In this document: one piece after another, positions 19,101 to 29,185 of the stretch | Layout of the letters: each line of letters opens with the position of its first letter | Position numbering within the stretch: position 1 is the first letter of the stretch | Origin: a virus | Length of the DNA: 64,000 nt | Strand: one strand, 5' to 3' | IMG/VR virus record: IMGVR_UViG_3300021354_000450 | Location: 32,001-96,000 of that record | Notes under the pieces: generated by a model | Told to the model about the DNA's origin: nothing | The model's input: the letters and a program-made list of their open reading frames with translations, nothing else | Database searches by the model: none | Made by a program: the position numbers and the translations under genes

Positions 19101-22100
19101 TTTACAAATAATGGTATTAGATATGAAGTTGATTTTTTTACTAATTTTACACAAGATGGTGTTAATGAAAATAATGTTCCGTTATATTCTGCAACATTGA
19201 ACTTAAATCCGTTAAGTCCTGGTGGTATTTTAAACGAAATTTTATCTGAGGATCGTGCTTCAAATGGAAATTTTAAAGCAAACTTAACAAATATTCCAAT
19301 AACACTAGATCAACCTCAAGGAATTGGTGGAATTCCTGCAACAGGTCATGCAATATCAGATGGAACTGGTCATATCACTGGAATTGTTATTGATTTTCCA
19401 GGAATAGGTTACACCACGACTCCAAATATCAGTGTTGGAGGGGCTTTTTTAAATAATTTAAACATTGTAGATGGTAAAATAACAAGTGCGTCGATTGTTT
19501 ATGGCGGGTTAGGTTATACTAATATTACTTTAATAAAAATCATTGCAATAGGTGCATTCGGAGTTGAAACTGCACAAGGTCAAGTAACTCAAGTTGATGA
19601 AAACGGTTCAATTACTGCAATTTCGATCACAAATCAAGGAGCAAATTGGACTTCAAATACTATGTATAGAGTCGAATTTGGAAATTTATCGATTACTGTA
19701 CCGCCTCCTCAAGCAGGTTTTATTGATGTTCCTCCAACTAATATCGAACTTGTAACTGCTGGTAACCGTTCAATGTTAGCAAACGATTTTACACAGGTAA
19801 ATGACTTAGGATATGGAATTTTTGTAACAAATGGCGGTTTTATGGAAAACGTTTCTATGTTTACATATTATTGTTATCGTTCATACTTTTCGTTAAATGG
19901 TTCACAGGTTCGTTCAACTACAGGGTCATCTGCTTATGGTGAATGGGGATTAATTGCTGATGGTGTTGATCCAACTGAAGTTCCACTATCAATTACAACA
20001 GTATTTCCAATGATTCAAATTGCAACAGCATATGTTGCTAATCCATTGTTTCCTGCACAGGCAAATCAATCGTTCATTTATGTAACAATAGATCCTGATA
20101 ACGGCGGATTTCCTCCTCTTAATGCAAGCACTATTGAACTAAATCACGGAGGCATTCGTCGACAATATTCAATCGGAACAGCAAGTCCTGCTGTTAATTC
20201 AAATAATGAAATAATTCCAAATAGATATTTGCTTTCATTTAATTCAGGAAGTGTTTCTGCAAGTTCAAACGGAATTGGATTACTTGTTGAAGTAAACAAT
20301 GGTGATCCGGTTATTATTCGAACCGGAAGTTTGTTTAAAATTAAAGGGTTTGATCCTGCATCAATTTCAAGACCAATTACTTCATTAACTTGGAATGATG
20401 ATCCAACAACTGTTTATCATATAACTGATTTTTCATCCGTTCAACCAGATGGTGCTGTATTTGGTTATTCATCGGAAGAATATAATTATATTTCTTTTCG
20501 TTCAGCAGAACAAGGTCTTACACAACCAGCAATGGTTTTAGATCAAAATGGTAGTAATTATACAACTGCAACTATTGTTATTGGAACAGCAACAAATGTT
20601 ATTACTAATAATATTTTACAAACTGTATCTGGTACACAAGGAAACGGAACAATTGGAATACAAACTATCTCATTAAATAATATTTCAAATATTATTGTAG
20701 GTCATAAAGTATCAACAAGTACATATATTATCGATAATACATTTGTTACATATGTTAATACAACAACAAAACAAATCTGTATTAGTAATCCAACTGTTGG
20801 TGAAATTCTTAATGGAACAACATTAACGTTTAATGCAGTTTATCCAACGGCACATGCAAACATCTCAAGTGGCACTATTGCAAGCATTACTGTTGATAAC
20901 GGTGGGGCTGGGTGGAAATCAAGTTCTACTACTATTACAATTTCAGGTGACGGAATTAACGCGCGCGTTGAATCGCCATTAAAAATTGCAGGTATTATAG
21001 GTTCAAAAGTTGTTAAAATTTCAACATTAAATTTAATTGATCAAAATAGAATACAACAAGGATTAATATTAAATCCTCAACGTTTATATCAATTTGCTCA
21101 TGGAAACTCAATTTATAAGATAACTGGATATCGTGCACCTATTGACGAACATTCGTTGGCCGAAATTGATATCGATAAACCGTTAGTTGAAGCTATATCT
21201 TTAGGAACCTCGTTTAATGCAGGTCTTCCTGTTTATTCATATGGTGCATTAACAACAAGAATTTCAATTTTACGTGCATCAGGTCATGATTTTGTTGATA
21301 TAGGTACAGGTGGTTATGCAACAACACGTATTCCAAATGACTTATATGGACCGCCAATTCAACAACCAAATTCGAGTCATGAAGTTCTTGAACAAAATCG
21401 AGGTCGTGTTTTTTATGTATCAACTGACCAAGATGGAAATTTCCGTGTTGGAACTGCATTTGCTGTTAACCAAGCACAAGGTTCTGTAACAATATCAGCA
21501 CCAGTTGATCTTAGTAATTTAACTTCGATAGGATTACGTCGTGATTTAGGTCCGTCGATTAATGAATTTTCAATCGACAGTATGATGAATTCAGAAGCTG
21601 ATTATAAAGTTCCAACTGAACAAGCAGTTGTTAACTATATAAATCGTCGGTTAGGTATCGATCGAAATGGAAATATTTACCCTGGATCACCATTAGGTCC
21701 TCAGTTCTTATCACTTGATGGCCAATTATCAATGAAGGCTGATTTAGATATGTCCGATGATATTAATGGACCTCATCGTATTATAAATTTAAAAAATCCA
21801 ATAAATTCATCAGATGCATCAACTAAAGGTTATACTGATTCAAAATTATCAACCGATGGAACACGAGCACTTGATGCTAATGGAATAACAATTCAACCTG
21901 AATGGGGCAATATGAATGGTCCGTTGCAACTATTTGATGATCCTAAAACAAAAATTGCAACAGTTGCTAATCTTGCAGCACAGGGAGCAAATCATATTGA
22001 ATTTACAGTTGAAACAGTACAAACTTCAGAAGTGCAAGCCGGTGATTTCTTTTCAAATCAAGTTATCGGTCAAGGAATTAAAACTGGCACTATTGTAACA

Positions 22101-24815
22101 TCAATTAGTTCTTCAACATATGGATATGATTTTATTCTAAGTGATACACTTGATTCTGCAATTTCTTCTGGTACTCCGATTACTTTTGAACCGGTAAGAC
22201 AAGCAGTTACAAAAGGTTATGTTGATTTCCATGACAAATATATTACTGCAACAACTTTAACAGTTAGTGGTCAATCGATATTACATGCATTAACTGCGAC
22301 TGATGTTACTGCAACAACTTTAACAGTTAGTGGTCAATCGATATTACATGCATTAACTGCGACTGATGTTACTGCTACTACTTTAAAAGTTAGTGGTCAA
22401 TCGATATTACATGCATTAACTGCGACTGATGTTACTGCTACTACTTTAAAAGTTAGTGGTCAATCAATATTAGCAACACTTAAACTTGATTCAACTGAAA
22501 TTGCACTTGGTAAAAATGCTGGACTAACATCTCAAGGTACCAATGCAGTTGCAATCGGTGCAAGTGCTGGAAATGATACTCAAGGTACCAATGCAGTTGC
22601 AATCGGTGTATATGCTGGATATACTACTCAAAGTGATTATGCAGTTGCAATCGGTCAAAATGCTGGAGCAACAGATCAAGGTAGTAGTGCAGTTGCAATC
22701 GGTCAAAGTGCTGGACTAACAACTCAAAGTAATTATGCAGTTGCAATCGGTCAAAATGCTGGACTAACAACTCAAGGAGCAAACGCAGTTGCAATCGGTG
22801 CAAATGCTGGAGCAACAAATCAAACAGCAAATTCGATCATAATAAATGCAACTGGTGCTGCATTAAATTCATCAAATGCCGGAACATATATTGCTCCAAT
22901 ACGTGCAGATAGTTCAAATGCGGCAACTGATTGGGCTGTTCATTATAATCCAACAACTAGCGAATTAACTACTGCTACAGCAATGCATTTAACAGGTACT
23001 GCAAATGAAGTTACAGTTAGTGGTTCAACTGGTAGAGTTACTATCGGATTACCTGATTATGTTACTGTAACTAATTTAACGGTAAAAAATGAAATTAGAG
23101 GTGAAAAATATAGCTATCAACTTGCAAATGCAACTGATGGTGGTCAATATAATGCAATTGATCAAGGTTCTAATTTAGCGTATTACAACGCAATGTTTAG
23201 AAATGACGGTGACAATGTATATTTGTTAAGTTCATCTTCAGCAACTTCTCAACTTAATGCACTTAATGCAGGATGGAATTATTATAGACCATTTGCATGG
23301 AATCTTGAATCAGGAAATGTATCGATTGCAAATAATTCTAACGGAGTAGACACTAACGTTTTAATCGGTGGAGCTACAACTTTTTCTAAACAAGTTACTG
23401 CTAATACTACACTTACTGCTGCAATTTTAAGAACAACAGATACTGAAATTGCACTTGGTGATCAAGCTGGATATACTTCTCAAGGTACAAGTGCAGTTGC
23501 TATCGGAAATTCAGCTGGTACTAATTCTCAAGGTACAAGTGCAGTTGCAATCGGTTTAAGTGCTGGACTAACTTCTCAAGGTAGTAGTGCAGTTGCTATC
23601 GGAACTTCAGCTGGTACTACTTCTCAAGGTCAACAATCAGTTGCAATCGGTTATAATGCTGGATATACTACTCAAGGTATGCAAGCCGTTGCAATCGGAA
23701 ATTCAGCTGGACAAAATACTCAAAGTAATTATGCAGTTGCAATCGGTCAAAATGCTGGAGCAACAGATCAAGGTCGTAGTGCAGTTGCTATCGGAAATTC
23801 AGCTGGACAAAATACTCAAAGTAATTATGCAGTTGCAATCGGTGTAGATGCTGGATATACTTCTCAAGGCCGTAGTGCAGTTGCTATCGGAACTTCAGCT
23901 GGTACTAATTCTCAAGGTACAAGTGCAGTTGCTATCGGTTTAAGTGCTGGACTAACTTCTCAAGGTCAACAATCAGTTGCAATCGGAGCAAGTGCAGGGT
24001 ATAGCAATCAAGGAGATGACGCAGTAGCGATTGGTAATCAAGCTGGAGCAACAAATCAAACAGCAAATTCAATCATAATAAATGCAACTGGTGCTGAATT
24101 AAATTCATCAAATGCTGGAACATATATTGCTCCAATACGTGCAGATAGTTCATCTGCGGCAACTGATTGGGCTGTTCATTATAATCCAGATACAAGTGAA
24201 TTAACTACTGCTACAGCAATGCATTTATCAGGTACTACAAATGAAGTTACAGTTAGTGGTTCAACTGGTAGCGTTACTATCGGATTACCAAACTATGTTT
24301 CAATTCAATATTTAAATGTAATAACAAAATCAACAGCAACAGATTTAACTGTTAATAATTCATTGCGTTCAGATTCAAGTGGTACAATAGTATATGGAAC
24401 TTGGACATTAGCAACAGGTGCAACATTCCAAGCAACATATGCTGACTTAGCTGAATGGTATTCATCAGATGTTGAATATGAACCAGGAACTGTTCTTGTA
24501 TTTGGTGGTTCTGCTGAAGTTACAACAACAACAGAACTTGATGATATAAGAGTTGCTGGACCAGTAACTTCACATCCTGCATATGTATTAAATCAAGGAT
24601 TAACAGGAACAAGATCATGCATTGCATTAATTGGTCGTGTGCCGGTTAAAGTTAGTGGATTTGTTAAAAAAGGTGATTTATTAACAACTTCAAATACTCC
24701 AGGTTATGCTAAAAAAGCAACTTTTCCAATTTTAGGTTCGATAATTGGTAAAGCATTAGAGGATAAAACAGATCCAGGACAAGGTATAATCGAAGTAGCA
24801 GTAGGTAGACTGTAA
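16176..24815 (+). CDS. very large baseplate/tail-fibre protein
   Basis: N-terminal NIG...NDGTGDSIRDAFRKTNENF (T4 gp9/gp10-like), TKxYVD repeats, GxGY repeats, YadA-head-like AVAIG repeats, C-terminal ADLAEWY...GIIEVAVGR chaperone-like domain. Confidence 0.88.
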   Translation: MANKQNINIGIQSNDGTGDSIRDAFRKTNENFDALFDALVSPQGFRFFGTLEDTPQSALPKKMLVTDALGQRVTQVALTSGTGISIDFNYGSSEWVINNSASSLLTDPNPTLGADLIGSSGTSSWRAKEFANPIADQDLVTRKFLYDNFLNRDGVTKYGNELNTTTNIAGSVFRENVSIIPNGIFTATVTNNSGKYITVRNANGSTSTIDLTLQATESSHITRKDYVDSKISLQGVDTIDPATGEINSGFGKMTGPLILSRNPVTQDDYDFNGFIAATKQYVDKNDFYSDNNLFITKKGRDYQPDIPPDRRGRSPAYAFASLNKAAQYAEKLQAAAQIEVGDYARLITHTNGISATVIDSTKNQYGNNISRLRLSVGSYGSDQFGAAAIGKFTIFPGQYVQGVSSGAIALIENIEKGTNSGDPEIYKISYVDYGDDFNTSIKTSTPDFSKPNQIKMSFASEPQQIAPVPKFWVGYKFYTDTGIPNGTILSVGYDVDNNGIYHNYFIVEFESLKPGNDITFTEKQWHVYSGDFSPGETIVYNTNVSALQITFVIESGEYFEQYPIKLSANTSIRGDEFRRVIIRPAPGVSSSKWANIYFRRDAQVDGLQTTELDYSTDYAHGGTLNNSNAQPSGLSGLISVSINTGKVPSEIKGYMFVGNGGQGIIETVALDGSGFTVNVGTTLTSSSPIPYGSWHVYKPITFGYHYLRNPKKPMNLLVTENNPGGLENAATLLKLNRNFIKSEVIQYLDNNYVIGQTFTYNTSTCSRDVGLFVDSFAHDLIYGGSERSIYAGDIYKNIPLVQTSESTQTAAAVTYLGSIAQQIILNTTVTSLTSAEQIFDISLVAEPTAGIILADLVQATTRIISNDLDFNPPKENNELDVFLMNDANVIRYVSCQNHGGFMQVLDPEGQIKNKSPYTQTASSFSQSISKHAFRGGMLVDGFSGNVQATTNNWNITNPLELDITGLLRRPQVPTFFTNNGIRYEVDFFTNFTQDGVNENNVPLYSATLNLNPLSPGGILNEILSEDRASNGNFKANLTNIPITLDQPQGIGGIPATGHAISDGTGHITGIVIDFPGIGYTTTPNISVGGAFLNNLNIVDGKITSASIVYGGLGYTNITLIKIIAIGAFGVETAQGQVTQVDENGSITAISITNQGANWTSNTMYRVEFGNLSITVPPPQAGFIDVPPTNIELVTAGNRSMLANDFTQVNDLGYGIFVTNGGFMENVSMFTYYCYRSYFSLNGSQVRSTTGSSAYGEWGLIADGVDPTEVPLSITTVFPMIQIATAYVANPLFPAQANQSFIYVTIDPDNGGFPPLNASTIELNHGGIRRQYSIGTASPAVNSNNEIIPNRYLLSFNSGSVSASSNGIGLLVEVNNGDPVIIRTGSLFKIKGFDPASISRPITSLTWNDDPTTVYHITDFSSVQPDGAVFGYSSEEYNYISFRSAEQGLTQPAMVLDQNGSNYTTATIVIGTATNVITNNILQTVSGTQGNGTIGIQTISLNNISNIIVGHKVSTSTYIIDNTFVTYVNTTTKQICISNPTVGEILNGTTLTFNAVYPTAHANISSGTIASITVDNGGAGWKSSSTTITISGDGINARVESPLKIAGIIGSKVVKISTLNLIDQNRIQQGLILNPQRLYQFAHGNSIYKITGYRAPIDEHSLAEIDIDKPLVEAISLGTSFNAGLPVYSYGALTTRISILRASGHDFVDIGTGGYATTRIPNDLYGPPIQQPNSSHEVLEQNRGRVFYVSTDQDGNFRVGTAFAVNQAQGSVTISAPVDLSNLTSIGLRRDLGPSINEFSIDSMMNSEADYKVPTEQAVVNYINRRLGIDRNGNIYPGSPLGPQFLSLDGQLSMKADLDMSDDINGPHRIINLKNPINSSDASTKGYTDSKLSTDGTRALDANGITIQPEWGNMNGPLQLFDDPKTKIATVANLAAQGANHIEFTVETVQTSEVQAGDFFSNQVIGQGIKTGTIVTSISSSTYGYDFILSDTLDSAISSGTPITFEPVRQAVTKGYVDFHDKYITATTLTVSGQSILHALTATDVTATTLTVSGQSILHALTATDVTATTLKVSGQSILHALTATDVTATTLKVSGQSILATLKLDSTEIALGKNAGLTSQGTNAVAIGASAGNDTQGTNAVAIGVYAGYTTQSDYAVAIGQNAGATDQGSSAVAIGQSAGLTTQSNYAVAIGQNAGLTTQGANAVAIGANAGATNQTANSIIINATGAALNSSNAGTYIAPIRADSSNAATDWAVHYNPTTSELTTATAMHLTGTANEVTVSGSTGRVTIGLPDYVTVTNLTVKNEIRGEKYSYQLANATDGGQYNAIDQGSNLAYYNAMFRNDGDNVYLLSSSSATSQLNALNAGWNYYRPFAWNLESGNVSIANNSNGVDTNVLIGGATTFSKQVTANTTLTAAILRTTDTEIALGDQAGYTSQGTSAVAIGNSAGTNSQGTSAVAIGLSAGLTSQGSSAVAIGTSAGTTSQGQQSVAIGYNAGYTTQGMQAVAIGNSAGQNTQSNYAVAIGQNAGATDQGRSAVAIGNSAGQNTQSNYAVAIGVDAGYTSQGRSAVAIGTSAGTNSQGTSAVAIGLSAGLTSQGQQSVAIGASAGYSNQGDDAVAIGNQAGATNQTANSIIINATGAELNSSNAGTYIAPIRADSSSAATDWAVHYNPDTSELTTATAMHLSGTTNEVTVSGSTGSVTIGLPNYVSIQYLNVITKSTATDLTVNNSLRSDSSGTIVYGTWTLATGATFQATYADLAEWYSSDVEYEPGTVLVFGGSAEVTTTTELDDIRVAGPVTSHPAYVLNQGLTGTRSCIALIGRVPVKVSGFVKKGDLLTTSNTPGYAKKATFPILGSIIGKALEDKTDPGQGIIEVAVGRL
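22243..22472 (+). repeat. 63-bp tandem repeat, about 3.6 copies (TATTLTVSGQSILHALTATDV)
   Basis: Units start at 22243, 22306, 22369, 22432; near-identical. Confidence 0.95.
22495..24060 (+). repeat. two arrays of 42-bp (14-aa) AVAIG repeats
   Basis: GCAGTTGCAATCGG core at 42-nt period, about 22495-22830 and 23445-24060. Confidence 0.9.
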
Positions 24816-27778
24816 TGACAAAACCTATATGGCAAACAACATCAGGGTTCTTAGGAACCCTGTCTGAAAGAATAACAATGTCTATTAATTTAACTGCAAC
24901 AAATGCTAGTTCATATTCAATAATTAGTGGACAATTACCAACTGGACTTTATCTTAACAACTCTACAGGTGTTATTTTAGGAACACCATGTTCTGTTCCA
25001 GTAGATATAGAATCAACTTTTGTTATAAGAGCAACAAATACACAAGGTGTAAGTGATAGAACTTTTAGTTTTGATGTAACCGGTCCAAGTAATCCAGTTT
25101 GGATTACTTCAAGTGGGCTACTGCCTGTTGGTCTAAATGGTGAGTTTTATTCAATTAATAAAGAATATGTTGATTATCAACTTAGAGCAGAAACTGATAT
25201 TTTAAGTAAGGGTAATACTCTTAAATATTATATAGGTGATAATGAAGGAAATTTACCCCCAAATTTAAAATTATCAACTGATGGACGAATTACAGGATAT
25301 ATTAACGATAGTTTAAAAATAGATAAAACAGTTACATTAAATGGAGGTTATGATACAGAATATTATGATGCATTTCCATATGAACACAGCTCAATTAACC
25401 AATCATTAGCTAATTCTTCAACTTATATTAAATCTTATCAAATAAATTATGTTGCAAAAGAACGTCCGGCACGTGTGATCCTTACCGAGTCACACGACAT
25501 AAAAGATAAAGATCAAATTTTTATTCAAAACATTAAAGGTATGACAACTCTTAATGGAAATTTTTATTATTGTAAAGTTATTGATATAAGAAGTATTAGT
25601 CTTTATACTAACGAAGCTCTTTCAACTCCTGTTGATGCTTTAGGATTTACTTCGTATATTTCAGATGGAAAAGTATATTGGGGAAGTACTCAACAACTTC
25701 AACCAGAGGTTATTAACCGAATTTATCAATTTTATGTAACAGTAACTGATGGAATTCAAAGTTCACGTAGATTATTTGACATTAAAGTACTCGATCACGA
25801 AAGTTTAAGAGTTGACACAACATATATGAGTGTTGATGATGCAGATCTTAATGCAAGTGCTGGTTATATATTGGCACCGATATGGCAAAGTAAATATGGT
25901 GAAAAACTTCCAAAAGTACAAAATCTCGGAACAGTTCGTGCAGGAAAACCTCAAATTTTTAGTATATATGACTACGATCCTTACCCGTTAGATGGTCCTG
26001 TACTGTATGATTGGAACACAGTTGGAGTAAATCCAGATATTAAATTGTATGTTGATAGTCAAATTAACCTTGCGCATTTACCAACAAAAAATTTAAAAGG
26101 TCAAAATGCTGTTTATTATAAAAATGCAGAAATTTTACCTGTTAAAGGGATGAAAATTCAATTTAATGAATTTATTCCTAATACAGATTCGACCATTTAC
26201 ACAATAACTGGTGTTATTAAATTAACTGAAACCACAGGTATCCTTAATATTGACCAACCATTATCTCAGCAATTGCCTGATTCGAGAATTTTTTATGTCG
26301 GAACGGTGAATCAACACCCTCCAGGTCTAACCTTAGATCCAATGAATGGTAATTTATATGGTCAATTAATGTATCAACCAGCATTTGCGTTAGGATATCG
26401 ATTTACTGTTAAAGTTATAAAAATTGATCAAGCAACAGGAGATGATACTTTATATAATGCTGTCGGTAGTAACAATGCAAGGATTGTAGGTAAAGTTTAT
26501 ACAGAAACAAACAATTCATTTCCAAGTAATGTTCTTAATGCAGAAACTTATACCGGATCAATTGGAGATATTGTGTTAGTTAGTATGACTCCAGCAGTAA
26601 ATGCTGATTTACTTCTCCCTTTAATGGACGGAACCGTACGAGCTTACGTTTTCACCGGCAATAGTTGGGTTTATCTTGGTGAAACAGTGGCATCAAATCA
26701 AATTTATCTGTTAAATGTGTTAGGTGATGTACAAAGTTCGATTCAATTTGTTAGTACAAGTTCATTAGGAACACTAATTCCAGGTGAAATTAGTGAAATT
26801 GCAATTAAGGCTATAAATCTAAATACAAATTATGCAATTGAATATGAAATAATACAAGGTCAATTACCACAAGGATTGATATTAAATCAAGATGGTACCA
26901 TTCAAGGTAAAATTGTAAACACCGGACAAACTTATTTTGATTTTACTTCAACTTCACATTCATTTGGCTCGTTATCAATCGATGGAGGACAAACTTCAGT
27001 TGATAAAAATTTAAAATTTACTGTACGTGCAAGTGATGTATATAGATTAAGTTCAATTGATAAAGAATTCTTTATTACTGTAAACACTGACACACTAACC
27101 GATTACACAAGAATATATGTGAAACCATTTTTATCAAAAGAACAACGTTTTTCATATTCAACGTTTGTTACTGATCCGATAATTTTTGATCCTGTGTTAA
27201 TATATAGACCAAACGATCCGGAATTTGGTATTCAAAAACAAATTAAAATGTTATTAGAAACCGGTATTGAACAAGTTGATATAAATTTATATGCCGAAGC
27301 AATGCAAGAATATTTTCATCGTAAAAGTTTTTATTTTGGTGAAGTTAAAAGTGTGTTGGCGCAAGATCAACACGGAAATGATATTTACGAAATAATTTAT
27401 GTTGACATTATTGATAATCAAATGATTGGAAATATTGCATCTCCACTATATGCAACATCTGTTGAAAATATGCGATATGCAATTGAATCGATTCAAATAA
27501 CTCCAAATTCAATCATTAGTGTAGATGAAAGATTATATCCAAAATATATGACAACAGTACAACAAGACACTGGTGTTCCGTTAGGGTTCATTAAAGCGGT
27601 TCCTCTTTGTTATACAATTCCTGGCGGGTCAATTAAGATACTTTCAAGAATAAAAAATGCATTAGATACTAACGCATTTGATTTTAAACAATATCATTTT
27701 GATACTGATCGTATTATTATTGAAAATGTTAAAGATACAGAAAAACCTGGGTGGTTAATGAATCCAACCGACCGCTAA
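24815..27778 (+). CDS. virion structural protein with putative Ig (He_PIG-like) domains, baseplate wedge-like
   Basis: Repeated G-x-LP-x-GL-x-L...G-x-I-x-G motifs; coupled to the fibre gene. Confidence 0.8.
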   Translation: MTKPIWQTTSGFLGTLSERITMSINLTATNASSYSIISGQLPTGLYLNNSTGVILGTPCSVPVDIESTFVIRATNTQGVSDRTFSFDVTGPSNPVWITSSGLLPVGLNGEFYSINKEYVDYQLRAETDILSKGNTLKYYIGDNEGNLPPNLKLSTDGRITGYINDSLKIDKTVTLNGGYDTEYYDAFPYEHSSINQSLANSSTYIKSYQINYVAKERPARVILTESHDIKDKDQIFIQNIKGMTTLNGNFYYCKVIDIRSISLYTNEALSTPVDALGFTSYISDGKVYWGSTQQLQPEVINRIYQFYVTVTDGIQSSRRLFDIKVLDHESLRVDTTYMSVDDADLNASAGYILAPIWQSKYGEKLPKVQNLGTVRAGKPQIFSIYDYDPYPLDGPVLYDWNTVGVNPDIKLYVDSQINLAHLPTKNLKGQNAVYYKNAEILPVKGMKIQFNEFIPNTDSTIYTITGVIKLTETTGILNIDQPLSQQLPDSRIFYVGTVNQHPPGLTLDPMNGNLYGQLMYQPAFALGYRFTVKVIKIDQATGDDTLYNAVGSNNARIVGKVYTETNNSFPSNVLNAETYTGSIGDIVLVSMTPAVNADLLLPLMDGTVRAYVFTGNSWVYLGETVASNQIYLLNVLGDVQSSIQFVSTSSLGTLIPGEISEIAIKAINLNTNYAIEYEIIQGQLPQGLILNQDGTIQGKIVNTGQTYFDFTSTSHSFGSLSIDGGQTSVDKNLKFTVRASDVYRLSSIDKEFFITVNTDTLTDYTRIYVKPFLSKEQRFSYSTFVTDPIIFDPVLIYRPNDPEFGIQKQIKMLLETGIEQVDINLYAEAMQEYFHRKSFYFGEVKSVLAQDQHGNDIYEIIYVDIIDNQMIGNIASPLYATSVENMRYAIESIQITPNSIISVDERLYPKYMTTVQQDTGVPLGFIKAVPLCYTIPGGSIKILSRIKNALDTNAFDFKQYHFDTDRIIIENVKDTEKPGWLMNPTDR

Positions 27779-27807
27779 TAAATATAAGTTTAAGGACAGA
27801 AAAAATT

Positions 27808-29184
27808 ATGGCAAGTAACGTAACTAACTATTCACAAAATATAGACACAAATTTTCCCGTTCAAGGTCAAGATAATCCTAGTCAAGGATTTCGAGATAAT
27901 TTTGCACAAATAAGATTAGCACTTAATACCGCGGCAGAAGAAATTTCAACGGTACAAACACTTCATTCATCATCAAATTATACGTTACTTCCTGCAACAA
28001 ATACAATACTCGGTGGTGTTATTCCTGATAATGCTACAACTTTTGTTGATTCAAATGGAAGGATACGTGCTCAAACATCTTATGTTTTACCTGTAGCAAG
28101 TCCTATAATTTTAGGTGGTGTTAAAATTGGCAGTAACATAACATATAGCTTAGATGGAACAATTAGTGTAGCAAATTTATCAACTGCTACAACAAATATT
28201 CTCGGTGGAGTTAAAATTGGTACAGGTATTTCGATTACTAGTGATGGAACTATTAGTGCAACAACTGCTTCACAATTTACATTAACAACTGCAACAGCAA
28301 GTCAATTAGGTGGGGTAAAGATTGGTACAGGTGTTTCTATTTCACAAGATGGAACTATTAGTGTAACAACTGCTTCACAATTTACATTAACAACTGCAAC
28401 AGCAAGTCAATTAGGTGGGGTAAAGATTGGTACAGGTGTTTCTATTTCACAAGATGGAACTATTTCGGTCACAACAGGAAGTTTTGCTTTACAAACTGCA
28501 ACATCGGTAATATTAGGTGGTGTTAAAATTGGTACAGGTATTTCAATTACTAGTGATGGAACTATTAGTGCAACAACTGCTTCACAATTTACATTAACAA
28601 CTGCAACAATAAATTCACTCGGCGGAGTTAAAATTGGATCAGGTGTTTCTATTTCACAAGATGGAACTATTTCAGTCACAACAGGAAGTTTTACTTTACA
28701 AACTGCAACATCAGTAATATTAGGCGGAGTTAAAATTGGATCAGGTATTTCAATTACTGGTGATGGAACTATTAGTGCATCAGTTAGTAGTTCGTTACCA
28801 TCTCGTGTACAAGTAATCGGAACATCATCATCTATTGCTAGCGGAGCAACTGGAAATTTAACAATTGTCGGATATAAAGGATATGTTTTATATAATGTAG
28901 GAGTTGTATCAGCAGTCGGCGGAGCTTGGGTAAGAATATATAGTGATACTGCTTCAAGAACAGCAGATAGCAGTCGTAGTATGTTAGTTGATCCAACTAC
29001 AACTGGAATTATTGCTGAAATAGTTACTACTAGTAGTAGCACTACAGTACCAGTTACACCAGGTGTAATAGGATTTAATAATGAATCTCCCCCAACTTCA
29101 AATATCGAGTTAGCAATTACAAATAATAATGGTTCAGCTGGTACATTTGCAATAACATTAACTTTATTACCATTGGAATCTTAA
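27808..29184 (+). CDS. fibre-like structural protein with about 40-aa LGGVKIG repeats
   Basis: ATG 27808 after SD and late promoter; N-terminal FPVQGQDNPSQGFRDNF shared with 30898..31224. Confidence 0.82.
   Translation: MASNVTNYSQNIDTNFPVQGQDNPSQGFRDNFAQIRLALNTAAEEISTVQTLHSSSNYTLLPATNTILGGVIPDNATTFVDSNGRIRAQTSYVLPVASPIILGGVKIGSNITYSLDGTISVANLSTATTNILGGVKIGTGISITSDGTISATTASQFTLTTATASQLGGVKIGTGVSISQDGTISVTTASQFTLTTATASQLGGVKIGTGVSISQDGTISVTTGSFALQTATSVILGGVKIGTGISITSDGTISATTASQFTLTTATINSLGGVKIGSGVSISQDGTISVTTGSFTLQTATSVILGGVKIGSGISITGDGTISASVSSSLPSRVQVIGTSSSIASGATGNLTIVGYKGYVLYNVGVVSAVGGAWVRIYSDTASRTADSSRSMLVDPTTTGIIAEIVTTSSSTTVPVTPGVIGFNNESPPTSNIELAITNNNGSAGTFAITLTLLPLES
28080..28790 (+). repeat. 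about 120-bp coding tandem repeats
   Basis: TATxxxLGGVKIGTGxSIxxDGTIS repeated about 6 times, partly identical DNA. Confidence 0.9.
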
Positions 29185-29185
29185 T

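Noticed and set aside
22495-24060. Regular 42-bp repeats resembling a CRISPR array
   Set aside because: In-frame coding repeats (AVAIG) inside a 2879-aa ORF; no unique spacers and no cas genes
22810-24290. Diversity-generating retroelement template/variable repeat pair
   Set aside because: Both copies are in frame within one gene, differences are not confined to adenines, and no reverse transcriptase is in the window
28407-29042. 211-aa antisense ORF and other antisense or nested ORFs (e.g. 5678..6073, 36899..37288, 41717..42058, 42686..43054)
   Set aside because: Shadow frames of well-supported + strand genes, without SD or motifs
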